Below, piece by piece: positions 36,931 through 49,611 of a stretch of DNA of 64,000 nucleotides (position 1 is its first letter; each line of letters begins with the position of its first letter). The position numbers and the translations under genes were made by a program. The DNA is taken from contig QPMI01000190.1 of assembly GCA_004431415.1 (NCBI GenBank), positions 137,654 to 201,653 on the forward strand, in the 5' to 3' direction. The DNA is from Cyanophora paradoxa CCMP329. Lineage: Eukaryota; Plantae; Glaucophyta. The notes beneath the pieces are model-generated. The model was not told the origin of the DNA, did not search any database, and worked only from the letters and a program-made list of their open reading frames with translations.

Positions 36931-39121
36931 ATGAGCTCCCTCTCCGGCGTGAGCATCATCGAGGGGCACTTCGTCCTGCCCCGCGAGCACGAGCATGCGC
37001 ACCCGGCGGGCCCCGAGCAGCCGCCGGAGGCTGGCCCCGGGTCCCCCGCCACCGACGCCTCGGCCTCGGGGTCCCCTAAGAAGAGCGCGAGGGAGGTCCT
37101 GCATCTCCCTTTCGTGCGCCCCCGCGCGCCTGCCTCCGCATATGCATGCCTCGAGCTTGCTGCCGGCCTGCCTGACCTGTCGGCGTCGGCAGGCGGGATT
37201 CATTCCCCTGATGAAGAAGAACGCCGCGGGGTCCGTCGCGCCGCCCTCCACCGTCCTCGTCTTCGTTCAGTGCGCCCGCCCGCGCGGCGCCCCCCCCTTT
37301 CCCCCTCCGCTACCGGTTACTGACACCCGACGCTGCCCGCCGGCCGGCCCAGCGGCCCCTTCGCGAATCGAATGGACTGCCGACACATCGCCCGCGCCCT
37401 CGCCGGGGATGGAATCCCGGTGCCCATGCGCGCCGCGCCGCTCCCCCCGAGGGAGCTGGCTGACGGGAGGCAGGTCTACTCGTTCGACCAGCGCTCGTGG
37501 GGGCGCGACTGGGAGGGGCCCAAGGGCCACGTCGAGGACGCCCGCGACCTCGTCGAGGGTACCCTCCCCCCGGCTACTTCCCCCCGCCCCGCCTCAGCGG
37601 CCTCAGACGTGGCGGCGTTCGGGCGGTTCGTGATGGGGCGGCACGAGCGGGAGACGGGGCGGCCGCGGCTGGTGCTGGTCGGGCACTCCACGGGGGCGAT
37701 CGTCGCCGCCGCCGCCGCCCTCGCCCACCCCACCCTCTTCGCCGCCCTCGCGTGCGCCCGCTCCCCGCCCCCCCGCTCCCCGCCCCCGAGGAGCTCCACT
37801 CTAGAGAGAGAAGTCGCAGCAGATGCAGCCGCGCCCCCCCGCCCCCCCCCCCCCCACCCCCCCGCCCCCCCCCCCCCCCCCCCCGCGCCCCCCCTGCGCC
37901 CCCGCCGCCGGCCTCGCCCGACGGGGCCGGCAGGCTCCTGTGCCCCTGCTTCGCGCCCTACGACTCCACCTCCGCCTTCCGCAAGTTCTTCTCCCCGTCC
38001 GTGTACCCCCGCCCACTCGCGCCCCCGCCCCGGTTCGACTCGGAGCGCTTTTCGCTCCGCAGCATGCTCGACAAAGTGATGCCGGTGCGGGCGGGGGCGG
38101 GCGGGGCGCCTTCTTGCAGCTCGCTGCGGCTGGGGTCTCACGGGCCGGGCGGGGCCGGGGCGGGGCGCAGACGTCGGGGCTCGGGGAGGCGGCCCCCGAG
38201 GTGGCCCTCCTCACCGCCGACCCCGCCGAGCAGGCTTTGTCCGCCCCGCCCCGCCCCGCCCCGCCCCGCCCCCCGACTCCAGTCGCCGGCATGAGTCATA
38301 AACAAAGCGGCTGTGCTGGCGCTGGCCACACAGCAAGCTGCTCTTAAAAGCTGCGGCTCTTGGAAGCCGAGCCGGCGCTCTCCGCCCCGCCCCGCCCCAC
38401 TCTCTCTCGGAGTCTCTCTCTGTGACTGGGGCCCTCAGGGTGGAGAAGGAGCGGGAGGGGGGCGTGCGGGCGACGCGCGCCACCGTCCGCTGGCACCTCC
38501 AGATGGAGGCCCTCCAGGCGAGGCCCGGGCCCCCGCCCCCCCCCTCCCACGCCCCCGCACCGCACCCTCGCCCAAGCGATAGCCCGCCCGCCACGCTTCC
38601 CTTCCTCCCACGCTCACTCGCGAAAGGCTTGCTCTATCGATCTAGGCTTCCTCTCAGAGTGCCGCCGCAGCGCATGGGACGGCTTGCCATGGCGTGTGAG
38701 GCTGACGGGGGCGTGGCGGGGGCGGGGCAGGAGGGGGTGGCGGGGCGGGCCGGGGAGCTGCGGGCGCCCCTCTTCGCGGCCCTCGCGGGGGGCGACCGCC
38801 TCGTCGACAACGCCGCCGGTGCCCCGCCCCCCCGTCCCCTCCCGCCACCTGCCCCCCGACTCGAGCCGCCCTCGCCCCCTCCACGCCTCCACCAGCCCAG
38901 CGCTTTGTCGCCGCCGCCGGTGCGCGGCGAGCGCCTCCGCTTCCTCCTCTTCTTCCTCTCGGTGACGGTGTGCAGGGGCGGGGGAGAAGGCGGCGAAGGT
39001 GTACCCGGGGGCGCTGCACGCGCTCCACTGCGAGCGCGAGGCGCTCCGCGCGGAGCTCGCCGCCGACCTCGCAGCCTTCTGCTCCCGCGCCGCCGCCGTC
39101 CCCGCCCCCGCCCCCGCCTAG
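36931..39121 (+). CDS. Alpha/beta hydrolase (monoacylglycerol lipase/lysophospholipase-like)
   Basis: VYSFDQRSWGR..GPKGHVED, nucleophile elbow LVGHSTGAIV (GxSxG), AGGDRLVD (Asp), YPGALHALH (His); TAG 39119-39121. Confidence 0.88.
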
Positions 39122-39951
39122 CACCCCCCCTACACCCCCGCCGCCTTCAGCTTTTGAGCCGACGCCGCCCCGCCGCCGGCCCCGCCCTCCATTTTCCAGA
39201 GACCCCAAACCCTTTCCCTTAGGTCGCGCCTCATAATCTCAGTTCCCGGGTGCAGTCCTGAGTCGGACGGTCTAGAATTTGGCCCCTTCATCTTCCTCAT
39301 ACGATCATTGAATTGCGAATAGTAGCTGCCAGTTTGGCCCGGCCTGTGGGCCCGTGGGCACGCACTGCGCATGCGGGCCTGCGGCATGACCGTCGCGGCG
39401 TGAATTGGACTCCGAAGGTCCGTAAGGCCCTAAGGCGCCAGCATGTGCAGTACTAGTGTGGCAGTCGACCTCCACTGAAGCTGGGCCAGCTGGGACACTG
39501 TGCCAGTCGAATTCACACTGTTCGTTAGTGGCCGCGGGCTAGCGCTCATGATCAGTGACGCTGAGACACATGGAGTTGGAGGCCTGCACTTGGCGGCGAG
39601 TCGAGCAGCCTCGAGCTCACGGTATCAAGGTACTACGGTACATGTGTAAGACCTAGCCCCCCGCGGCCCCCGCTGGAGAGGCCCGAGTCGCTGAGAGGGC
39701 CCGAGCTAGCCTCATGATCAAGGGCAAGCCGACAACTCGCGCAGTGCCTTTGCAACTAAAAGACCAACTCGACCTCGGAGAGATTGGCAAACGTCACACT
39801 CGCCGCGGCCGGCCGCGGGCTGCAGCAGCTGCACGCGTGACCTGCGTGCCACGGTGCGACCATGCGACTACCGCCAGGCCGAGCCGCATCGACTGGCAGA
39901 GCAAGCACGGGCTCCCGTGATTGTCAGACAAGCGGCTTCCTCTCCCTCGCA

Positions 39952-41408
39952 CTAGCGCCAGGCCGAACGATACTTCCTCCGCACGTACGTCCCCTGAAAA
40001 GGAGAGGGGGCACGTCAGGTCGGGGGTACAGGAAAAGTAGCCAGGCTCGAGGGGTACCTTGGGCTTCCGCGCCTCCTCCTCCTCCTTCAGCTGTAGGGCC
40101 GAGTAGTGAGAGTGAGACGCGAGGCAGAGGAGGGAAAGGAGGGGGAAGGGGGGGGGGGGGGGGGAAGGGGGAGGGGGGGGGAAAGGCGGGTTGGATCGTG
40201 GGCAGGCGGACCTCGTCGATGGACATGCCGACGAGCTCGATCGGCTGCCCGTCGGGGCCCTTGCTCCCGAAGACCCCGTTCACCGTCCGCCCCAGCGCGA
40301 TCTCCGCCTGCGCCTCGCGCTCTTGAGAGGGAGGGGGCGGGGGCGGGGGCGAGGCGGGGGCGGGGCGGACGCGGAGGGCGATGGGGAGCTTGTTCTCGGG
40401 GTGCTCGCGGAAGCCGAAGCGCTCGTAGAGGGACATGCCGCGCCGCGTGCAGATCAGGAAGAGCTTCCACGGCCTCGCCTGCGCCTCCATCGCCCGCTGC
40501 GCCGCCCAGAGCAGCGCTCAAGCCTCGGGCAAGGGGTGTAGGGAGGCGGGCGGGGGGAGGGCGCCTGGACGAGGGCCTGGCCGACGCCGCGGCCGCGGAA
40601 GGCCGAGTTGACGACGACCGAGGAGAGCTCCTTGATCACCTCGAAGTAGACGAACCCGTTGCTGTCCTCCGCCTCCACGTCCGGCAGCTGCTTCACCTGC
40701 CCCCGCCACCCGCCCCGCCTCCCCCTCGCATCGAATTCATCGGGCCGGCGCGGCGCGGCGGCGGGGCGCGGCGGCGGGGCGGGGCGGCGGGGCGGCGGGC
40801 CGGGGCGCGGCACCTGCGCGCAGCCCAGGAACTCGCCGGTATCGTCGGAGATGGCGACGAAGAAGTTCTTGTAGTCGAGGAAGAGGGGGTTCAGGCGCTC
40901 CTTCTTGACCCACTTCTTAATCTCCTTCATGTCCTCCGGCTTCGCCTCCCGCACGCTGTAGCGCAGCTTCTGCGAGTACTTCTCCTTCGCCCTGCGCAGG
41001 TTCGCCCCGCGCTCGCTTAGGAGCGCACCAAGTCCCCGATGCGGCTCGCGCACGCTGTCCGCTTTGCGCTGTTCCGCTGCTCGGTCTCCTCGTCGTCCTC
41101 GGTATCATCGGCCTTTGAGCGGACGCTGAAGGGCTGCGGCGCCGGGCGCACGGCTCGTTAGGCCGCCCCGGACGGCGTTCGAGGGATCCCCGCACCAGTT
41201 GAACCAGCGGGGCGGCGCGGGCAACCCAGGTACGGCTCACGGATTCCCCGACGAACGAACTCGCTGCGACTGCTGCGGGACGCTGGCGGCGAGCACGCCG
41301 GCTGGATTCCGCGCTGCACGCCGGGGCGCACAGGTCGACTGCGTAGTTTGTGACGACCTGCGAGCGTGCGCCGGCGAGGAGGCCCGTCGAGGCGAAGGCG
41401 CACTGCAT
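39952..41408 (-). CDS. GNAT family N-acetyltransferase, probably plastid-targeted
   Basis: YSVREAKPED..FLGCAQ|..ELSSVVVNSAFRGRGVGQALV (motif A)..LYERFGF; the N-terminal MQCAFAS... extension is Ser/Ala/Arg-rich. Confidence 0.85.
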
Positions 41409-41513
41409 TTCGCAGATCAGATCTGTCGTACGGGTACAGGTCGAACTTTACGAAGTGCAAGCGGATCCGCTCGTCCCCTCGCTCGCTATAGCCTGTAACG
41501 ATCAGCCACAACG

Positions 41514-42904
41514 ATGAGACCCGCTGGACGTGGGCGGGGGAAAAAGAAGCCAGATCCCAAGAAGGTTTCCTCCCCGCACGACCTCATGTATACGCACCTG
41601 CATGCCCTGATAGTGCTCAGGAATGGTTTGAATCGCCGAGCAGGGCACTTCAGGTGCACTGTGCTAGAGCGCGTGGCCACGCTCTCGGTTGACTCCACTC
41701 GTCCCTCGCAGCCCGCCGGCGGCCCCTCTAGCATCGGAGGAATCCTGGCCTACGACTCGCACCCTACGAACTTAGTGCAGCCTGCAGCGCGCGGTCCCCA
41801 GCTGATCAAGCGTGGGGACGAGGCGGAGGACGACGACATTTTTGGCAAGAAGCACACGTCCACTCGCATCACTCAGCAGCCCGGCGGTTCCGGCTCGGCG
41901 ATGTACGCGTTGATGTCTTCCGCGCCCGCGCAGTCGCTTCATCTGACTTCGCCGCAGGGCCTCCCTGATCACTCAGGCCGGCGGCGGGCTGCCCCCGCGG
42001 GACCCTTCGGCCGGCGCAAAGGCAGGCAGGCGATCGCACGCAAGCCCGACCCTTGACGCGCCTCCGCCGGCGTACGGCGGATCGGCCAGCTCCGGGGCGA
42101 GCCGGGAGGGCTCGAGCGAGGGCGAGCGGCGCGGTGACTACCCTCAGCACAGCTTCGAGCACCGCGTGCGCTCCCGTGGCCCTCCCGCTCCAAAGCGTTT
42201 CGGCCGGCTCTCAGACGGGGCGACAGGCGCCGATCGCGGGGCGGCGAGCGGGGCGGGAGGTGAGCCCGTCTGGGAACTACGGCGCGGGCCTGGACCTCGG
42301 ACGGGGCGGCGAGTGGCCGGACGCCCACGTACACGGCGAGACGGGGGCGTACATGACCGGTGCCCCCTCCCCTCGAGCGCCGCGCGCCGCGCCGCGCTCG
42401 CTCACGCCGGCCGGCGACGCAGCGCACCCGTCGCAGATCTCGGGGCCCATGGGGGGCCGCCAGAGCGACGAGGCCCCTCGGGAAATGGCACACGTGAAGG
42501 GTGCGAGGACGTTTCTCCCCAGCTCTGCACCCCGCCGCTGATGCGCGCGCGCTCTTTCAGTCTCGCAAGCCCCGGGTGGGGCGAGCTCGCTAAACCTGGG
42601 CTGGGGCGGAGGGGGCGGCGGCGGCGGCGGGGGCGGCAGCGGCCCGGGGGCGCGGGCGGCCGGCGGGCGGGCTTTCCAGAGGGACCACAACGCCGGCTCG
42701 ATCGACCTCGGATGGCAGCCGCCCAAGCCGGACAGCCGCGGGCCCTCAATCCCCGGCCTCGGCTACACGTACTCCAAGGGCCCCGGCGCCGCCCCGGGCG
42801 CGGCCGGCTCCGGCGGCTGGCAGGGGGCCGGCGGGAGCCACCCAAGCGTCCGCGTCGGGGCTCCTCCCGGCGGCGCGAGCCAGCTGAGCCTCGGCTGGGG
42901 CTAG
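41514..42904 (+). CDS. SPIRAL1/Jupiter(HN1)-like PGG-repeat protein, putative microtubule-associated
   Basis: Repeated motifs STRPSQPAGGPSSI, HTSTRITQQPGGSGS, TRVLQGPG-like and C-terminal PSVRVGAPPGGASQLSLGWG* (TAG 42902-42904). Start uncertain. Confidence 0.55.
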
Positions 42905-43293
42905 GCACCCTCCGCTCTCGCATTGCTCGATTCTCTCCGATGCTCTGTACAGAAACAACACCGACACATATCACCCGCTTGCAAGCCAGTGGAGCATCGA
43001 GAGGCCCGCCTGCGGGCCGCTAGCTATAGCATAGCGGGGAAACAGTCGAGCGCTGCATGCGCGCAGCTGGAGTGTCGCCAAGCTCAGCTGGAGTCGGGGT
43101 GCTCAGTGCTGAACGCCGCAGCCTGGCCTCTTCCCGCATCCAGTCGCTCTGGGGACCCGTGGGGAGGTCTCACCGTGGCACTGTAGGCAGATCAGGGCCT
43201 GGGAGACAGCCCGGCTCTCGCCTGATGCCTTCCGCTCGGCGATCGCCCCTGCCGCCGGCCAGCGCGGTGCCACGGCGGAGGGCGCGCTCATGA

Positions 43294-44058
43294 TCAGTGC
43301 CCTCCGAGGTTGAAGCCGCGCCCGTACTCGGTAAGCAGCTCCGTCCCCTTCGGAATCTTCCGCTTGAGCACGAAGAAGCCGAGCCGCGTCTCGCCTGCGA
43401 ATGCGCACGCGCGGGGTCGGGTGTTATGCAGGGGAGCGCAGAGAGCCTCGGAGGCCTCGCCAAAGGTTCGCGTACCAGTTGCGGCGGTGTATGGCTTGTG
43501 GCGCACGTTCGGGGCCGCTGCGATGCCGTGGAAGTCGTTGACGAACCGCCCCTCGTTGCCCTCGAGCTCGCGCGACGCGTCGCACAGGAGGCCCGGTCCG
43601 TACGGCATCAGGTAATTAGAGCTCTCGTCCGCGTCGTCCCACCTGGCCGGTGGCTCATGATCAGCGACGCTCGGGCGCGCTTATAAATTAGCTAAGCTCG
43701 CGTGGGCGCGGATCCGGACCGCGTGACAACGCCCACGTAGTCGCAGACGTGTTCGCCAGGATCGAGCGTCCTGGCGGCGAAGAGCCCGATCTGCCCGTGC
43801 GCTGGATGCCCAGGCGCGTCGATCCGCTTCGCTGCCACGCTGCTTGAAGACGAGTACGGCCGATCGGGTTTGCGGCTCGGCGCGTGCTTCGCCCGCTCCT
43901 CGGCGCTCACGCGGGAATCCCTGCGAACGTCGATCGTTGGTTCTTCCAGCGGCGCCGGGCGGCGCATGCGCATGCTTGGGCGAGATCGCGAATTCGAACC
44001 AAATGTACTCGACGATCCAGCGGACGCCGTCCGGCCAGTGCTTCGGCTTCCCGCTCAT
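43294..44058 (-). CDS. SET domain protein
   Basis: HPAHGQIGLFAARTLDPGEHVCDYVGVV, DAS..GNEGRFVNDFHGI..PNV, IPKGTELLTEYG. Confidence 0.85.
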
Positions 44059-44271
44059 GCGGCACGCAGACGCGTGCAGAGTACGGAGCGAGGCTCCTTC
44101 CGGCCGCCTGGCTGATTATAATTAGCTAGCTGCTTAGCTATAGCCTGCTGCAGGCTATAGGCCCTACCCCCCCTAACCCCTGCCGGGCCTGCCCTGCCGC
44201 CCACCGTGCACGGCACGCGAGCGGGCACAAGTTCACAAAAAGCAAAGAGCACTGGAAGGGCGGCTTTGGGA

Positions 44272-47024
44272 TCAGTCGGGCTCGTCGAGGCGGGTGCGGA
44301 GGACGTCGGAGCGGGTGACGACGCCGACGAGCTTGCCCGAGGCGGTGCGCACGGGGAGCCGCCCCAGGCGCGGGTTCGTCGTCAGCATCTTCTCGATCTC
44401 GTGCAGCGACGTCTCCGGGTCGATCGTGATCGGCTGCCGGTTCATGAACGCCTGCGCACGGCGGGCACGAGGGTCAGCGAGAGGCGCAAGCCTGAACGAA
44501 GGCGGGTGGAGGGGAGGGCGGGCCTTGATGGGGCGGGAGAGGAGGTTGTTGAGCTCGGCGGTCTGGACGTCGCGGGCGGTGAGGGTGCCCACGACCTCGC
44601 CCTCGTCGGAGAGGACGACGAGGCCCGTGCAGCCGTGCCACGCCATCAGCTCGTCCGCCTGCCGCCCCCGCAGCGCTCAGCCTCGGGGGGGAGGACAGCG
44701 CCCGAGCGCGCAGCGCAGCGCAGCGCAGCCCCGGCCAGCCGACAGGGCCCCTTCTAGCCCGGCCCGGCCCGGGGTTTGCGTCCAGCGTGGCGCACCTTGG
44801 CCATGGTGTCGCTGCTGAGGACGGTGTAGACGGGCTTGCTCATGATCTCCGAGGCGCGGGGCGGGCGCGCCACCGTCATCATCACCTCCGCCACCACCTC
44901 ATTCAGCACCTGCAGCTCCCCCGTGAGAAGCAGGGCCGGTGCGAGGGCTGGGCGACGAGCGCGAGGGGCCTCTGGTGGGGCACCTGCTCGGGGTCGCTGC
45001 AGTCCTGGACGGAGGCGGCGGCGGCCTTGGGGTGGCCCCCGCCCCGCCACTTGCCGAGGCTCTTGGCGAGGTCGATGCCGTCGATGCGGGCGCGCGCGCG
45101 CCCGACGATGCTCAGCTGCTGGTCCTCCTCCGCGAAGGCCCCCAGCAGCACCGCGTCCGCCCCCGTCAGCTCCATCACCGTCGACGCGATCCGCGCCTGC
45201 CGGCCGCCCGCCCCCTCGCCCCCCGCGCCCTCCCCGGAGCGGGGGGGGGCGGGAGCGCCGCACCGCGCCGTGGACGAACTTGGGGATGCGGATGACGACG
45301 GAGAGGATGGTGTACCCGTACAGCGAGTCGGTGCGGCCCTTCTGGAGGGCCTGGTTGAGGAGCCCCTGGAGCTCGGGGCTCAGGCTCTGCTGCTGGAAGG
45401 TCGCGATCTCGCGCTGCGAGGCGCCCTGGCGGATGAGCCAGGCGAGGGCCAGCGCGTCGCGCTCGGTGGTCGTGTTGAAGGTGAGGTTGCCGGTGTCTGC
45501 GTGCACGCCCAGCGCCATCGCCGTCGCCTCGGGGATCGAGAGCCCGATCGCGTCGTCGTCCATGCCCAGCAGCTTCGCCGTCTCCCGCAGGCGCTCCACG
45601 ATGATGGTGGTCGAGGAGCCGACGGGCTCGACGACGAGCTCGTCGGCCGGCAGGTCGCACGTCGCCCCCATGTGGTGGTCGTACACCTCCACCTCGATCT
45701 GAGCACCAGCCAGGCCCCGCCCAGGCTCACGTCAGCGGCGGAAAGGGGCTTGCCGCGCCGCCGCCTCTAGCATCGCCCGAGAGCAGCGCCCTCCCGCCGA
45801 GAACACCTCTCTGGGGCGACGGGCAGGGCAGGGCGGGGGCAGCGCACGTCTGGCAGGGTTAGCCACTTCTTCACCGCTCCGATGCGGTCCGAGTGCTGCG
45901 GGGTGGGGCGGGGCGGTCGGCACGCGGCGGGGGGCGGGCGCGCGGGGCCGGGCGGGGCCGGCCGGACCTGGCAGTCGACGACGCCGATCCACTTGATGCG
46001 CTCCGTCTTCACCGTCTTCCAGTCCGCCAGCGGGAACTCGTTCCGGTACAGCGACAGGAACCCCTTGACGCTGCGCGGCGGCGCGCGTTAGACGCGGCGC
46101 CCGTTAGACGCGGCGCCCGCGGCGCCGGGACCGCCCTCGGGGGCCGCGCCGCAGCCGCGCACCTGTTGTCCTCGCCACCTGGAGGACGGAGGATGAGACG
46201 GTCAGCAGAGACGAGGGAGGAGGCGCGGCGCGGGGCAGCTCACCCGTGAAGACGATCCTGACCTGCTTGTTGCGCTTCGTCTTGGTGCCTGCGCGCCGCG
46301 CGGGGTCAGCGGCCAAAGCGCCGGCCGGAAAAGCGCCGCGGGGAGGGCGCGCGCGCGCGCCTAGGGCTTTCGGGCCGAGCATGAGGAGGGTGCGGAGGCG
46401 GGAGAGGCCGATGGCGGCGCCCAGGCTGTCGAAGTCCACGCGCTGGTGGCAGATGATGATGTCCGTCCCCCGGAACGTGTCGTCAGTCGGGGAGGGCATC
46501 CTGCGCAGGGAAACGTGGGCCGGCGGCCCTCGGGAGGCCCGCGGGCTCTCGAGGCAAGGCGCACGGCGTCGCGAGGTTCGGAGGCGGCGAGGTCTCCGAG
46601 GCAGCGGGGGCGGCAGCTTCGGGCGCTCCTGGCGGCGCCTCCGCGGACGCTCCGTCTCCGCCGTCGGGCGCGCTCGCTTTGCAGCGGGGAACCGAGTGGG
46701 CGGCGGCCATGCGGGAGCAGTCCGGCAGGACGGGGCGGCGGCCGAGGAAGCTGCGCGGGCGTGAGTCGGACGATGGCGTCTCGCGAGCAGCCGTGAGCGC
46801 GCGGACGCGTGATGGCCGGACCTCGTCTTCTCCGCGAATATCTGATGCTTGGCGGCAAGCGGGTCGGCGTGGGCGCTGCCCGCCCTCCGGATCGGCCTCG
46901 GCCTGCGATCGAGCGCCGCAGTGGCTGCACAGGAAGACTGGCCGGCTGGCGGGCCGGGCCCAGGACGAGCGCCCCCGCGCAGGGGCACGGACGCGGGGCC
47001 TGTGAATGCTGCCCCTGTCTCCAT
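44272..47024 (-). CDS. DHH-DHHA1 phosphoesterase with C-terminal CBS pair, probably plastid-targeted
   Basis: IICHQRVDFDSLGAA, IGVVDCQ, EVYDHH, GSSTT, ALGVHADTGNLTF, GGGHPKAAAA, CBS segments ASEIMSKPV / FMNRQPITI..GRLPV..LVGVVTRSDVL*; N-terminus METGAAFTGPAS. Confidence 0.88.
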
Positions 47025-47228
47025 GACAATTACGCTCTTCTCAAGACAAGGCCACGCGCTTCTCCCGCGGACACGCTTCTCTAAGGGGGTACGAGTGTCG
47101 CAAGTCGTGGCACCGCGTTTTCCAGCCGCCGCCGGGCGCGCAGCTTCGTTTTCCGGCCGCCTGAAGTTGGTTGAAGCTCGGGGGAGTCGTATCTCAACTT
47201 CGGCCGGTGGTGCGTCAGCACAGTTCGG

Positions 47229-49611
47229 ATGAGGGCGCGAGTGCGGCAGGCCGGGGCCGGCGAGCACCGAGTGCAGCCATACAGATCAGCTGCGAAGCGG
47301 CTGCGGGTCCCGCACGCAATCGCGCTGGGCGCGGCGGGCGCGGCAATCGCGCTCCTGCTTCTGGCGGCGGGCGGTCAGGCTCTTCCCGATGACATATTCA
47401 CCTACGGGTGCGCCCGAACCCCGACAGCGACGCGGCCGGCGCTCGTGCGGCGCCGGCGCCGCGCTCCAGCTCCCCAACCGCTCCCGCCATGTCCCCGCGG
47501 GTTGCTGACCACCGCCGCAGCCTCGTCATCGATGCGGGAAGCAGTGGCAGCCGCATCTCCATCTACCGGTGCCCTCTCCCATCCATCCCATCTCTACCGC
47601 TTCGTGCGAGAGCATCTGGGTTGATTTCTTGCAGCTTCGTGCCGCAGCACAACGGGATTTTCGCGGAACTTGAAGAGATCAACCCGAGCGAAACCAAGCT
47701 CTTAAGAGAGATTGAGCCGGTCTGAAACCAAGCATGCTTATATGGCAAAACGTGCTCTTGAAAATTTACTTGAAGTAGGGCATCTCGAGCTACGCGGAGG
47801 AGCCGCCCAAGGCCGGCGCGAGCCTTGCGCCGCTCATCGAGTTCGCGCGCGCGTTCGTGCCGGAGCAGCTGCACGAGAAGACCTCGCTTTTCCTCGGCGC
47901 GACGGCCGGCATGCGGCTCCTCACGCCCGACAAGCAGGAGGCCGTCCTCGCCGAGATCCGCGCCTGGCTCGCCGACCCCTCCAACAGCCCCTTCCACTTC
48001 GAGCACGCCAACGCCCGCATCATCTCCGGCGAGGAGGAGGGTCCGCCCCGCCCCCCGCCCCCCGCCCCGCCCCGCCCGGGCCGGCGCTCAGCGGCTGGGG
48101 TCGGGGTCGGGCAGGGGTCTTCGGGTGGATGCAGGTGAACTTCCTGCTGAAGAACCTGGGGATGGGGAAGGAGGTGACGGACGCGGCGAAGAGCGTGGCC
48201 GTGCTGGACCTCGGCGGCGCCTCCGCCCAGATCACCTTCGAGCCCGAGAGCGAGGCCCGCGCCCCTTAATTCGAATCCATCTTCTCCGCGCCCCGCCTCG
48301 CCTCGCCGACGAGGCGGGGCGCAGATCATGGCCGGCGTCTTCAACCTCGTCTTCGACGAGCTCGTGCACCGCCTCTACACGCACTCGTACCTCAACTTCG
48401 GGGCCGACCGCGCCCACGCCCGCCTCCTCGAGGCCCTCGTCGCCTCCGCCAAGGCCGGCGAGGCGCGCGTGCAGAACCCCTGCTACCTCAAGGGCTACGA
48501 GGAGGAGGCGAGCGTCGGGGGCCGGGCGGTCACCTTCGTGGGTACGGGGGAGGCCGGGGCCTGCAGGGAGCGCACCGCCGCCCTCCTCCTCAAGTCCTCC
48601 GCCTGCCTCAACGAGCCCTGCGCCGCCGCCGGCGTCTACCAGCCGCCCCTCGCCCCGGGCGTCGCCATCTTCGGGGTCTCCACGTACTACTACTACGCCA
48701 AGGGGCTGGGCCTGACGGACAAGAAGGGCCAGTGGAAGGGGAGCGCGCGGGAGCTGGCGGGGATCACGCGGGCGTTCTGCGGGCAGGCGTGGGCGGAGGC
48801 GAAGGCCAAGCACGAGAAGGAGCCGGCGAAGCGCCTGAAGACGGTCTGTTTCCGGGGCACCTACATCGAGGCGCTCCTCTCCGACGCCTTCGGCGCCCCC
48901 GCGTCCGCCCCGCCCCGCCCCGCCCCGCCCTACCCCGCCCCGCCCCGCCCGAAAGCCCTTGGCGCGCAGGGAGGAGAAGGTGCTGACGTTCGCGGGGGCG
49001 GTGGGAGACTCCGGTATGGGCACCGGCTGGACCCTCGGCATGCTCCTCTACGAGCTCCAGGCGCGCCCCGCCCCGCGCCGCCCCGCCCCGCGCCGCCCCG
49101 ACGGCCGCGCAGCTGGTGCGGGTGGCGATGGCGGGGGACGCGCACCCGCCCAAGGCCTCGGCCGGCTCCTGCGCCGGCGGCGACGGCGAGCTCGCCGCCA
49201 GCCTCCCTGACTACGTGCGCCGCGGCCCGCCTGCGCGCACGGCCGCTGCGACGAGGCGGCGCGGCGCAGGTGGTCGTGCTCGACCGGACGACGCACTACG
49301 CGACGCTGGGGATCGTGGCCGCGCTCGCCCTCGCCGTCGGCTGGGGCGCCGGCTCCTCCGGCCTCTGCTCCGCCTTCCAGCGCTCCTGGGCCGCCTTCCG
49401 CGTGCGCGCCTCCGGCCCGGCCGGCCGCCGCGCGGACCTCGAGGCGGGGCCAGCGCCGGCCCCGGCGCCCGAGCGCGAGGCCGGGGGGCCCGGGGGCGGG
49501 GGCCGCCAGTCGCGCCCCTCCTTCCACAAGGCCGGCGACAAGGTCTCCGACTTCGGCTCCGGGGACGAGCTGCTCTACCCCTCCAACGGCAAGACCAGCA
49601 CCTTCGTCTAG
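47229..49611 (+). CDS. GDA1/CD39 nucleoside di/triphosphatase (apyrase)
   Basis: All five ACRs present: VIDAGSSGSR, GATAGMRLL, IISGEEEG, LDLGGASAQ, GWTLG; N- and C-terminal hydrophobic helices. Confidence 0.95.

Noticed and set aside
46087-46119. 16-bp tandem duplication gttagacgcggcgccc
   Set aside because: Ordinary slippage duplication inside an intron.
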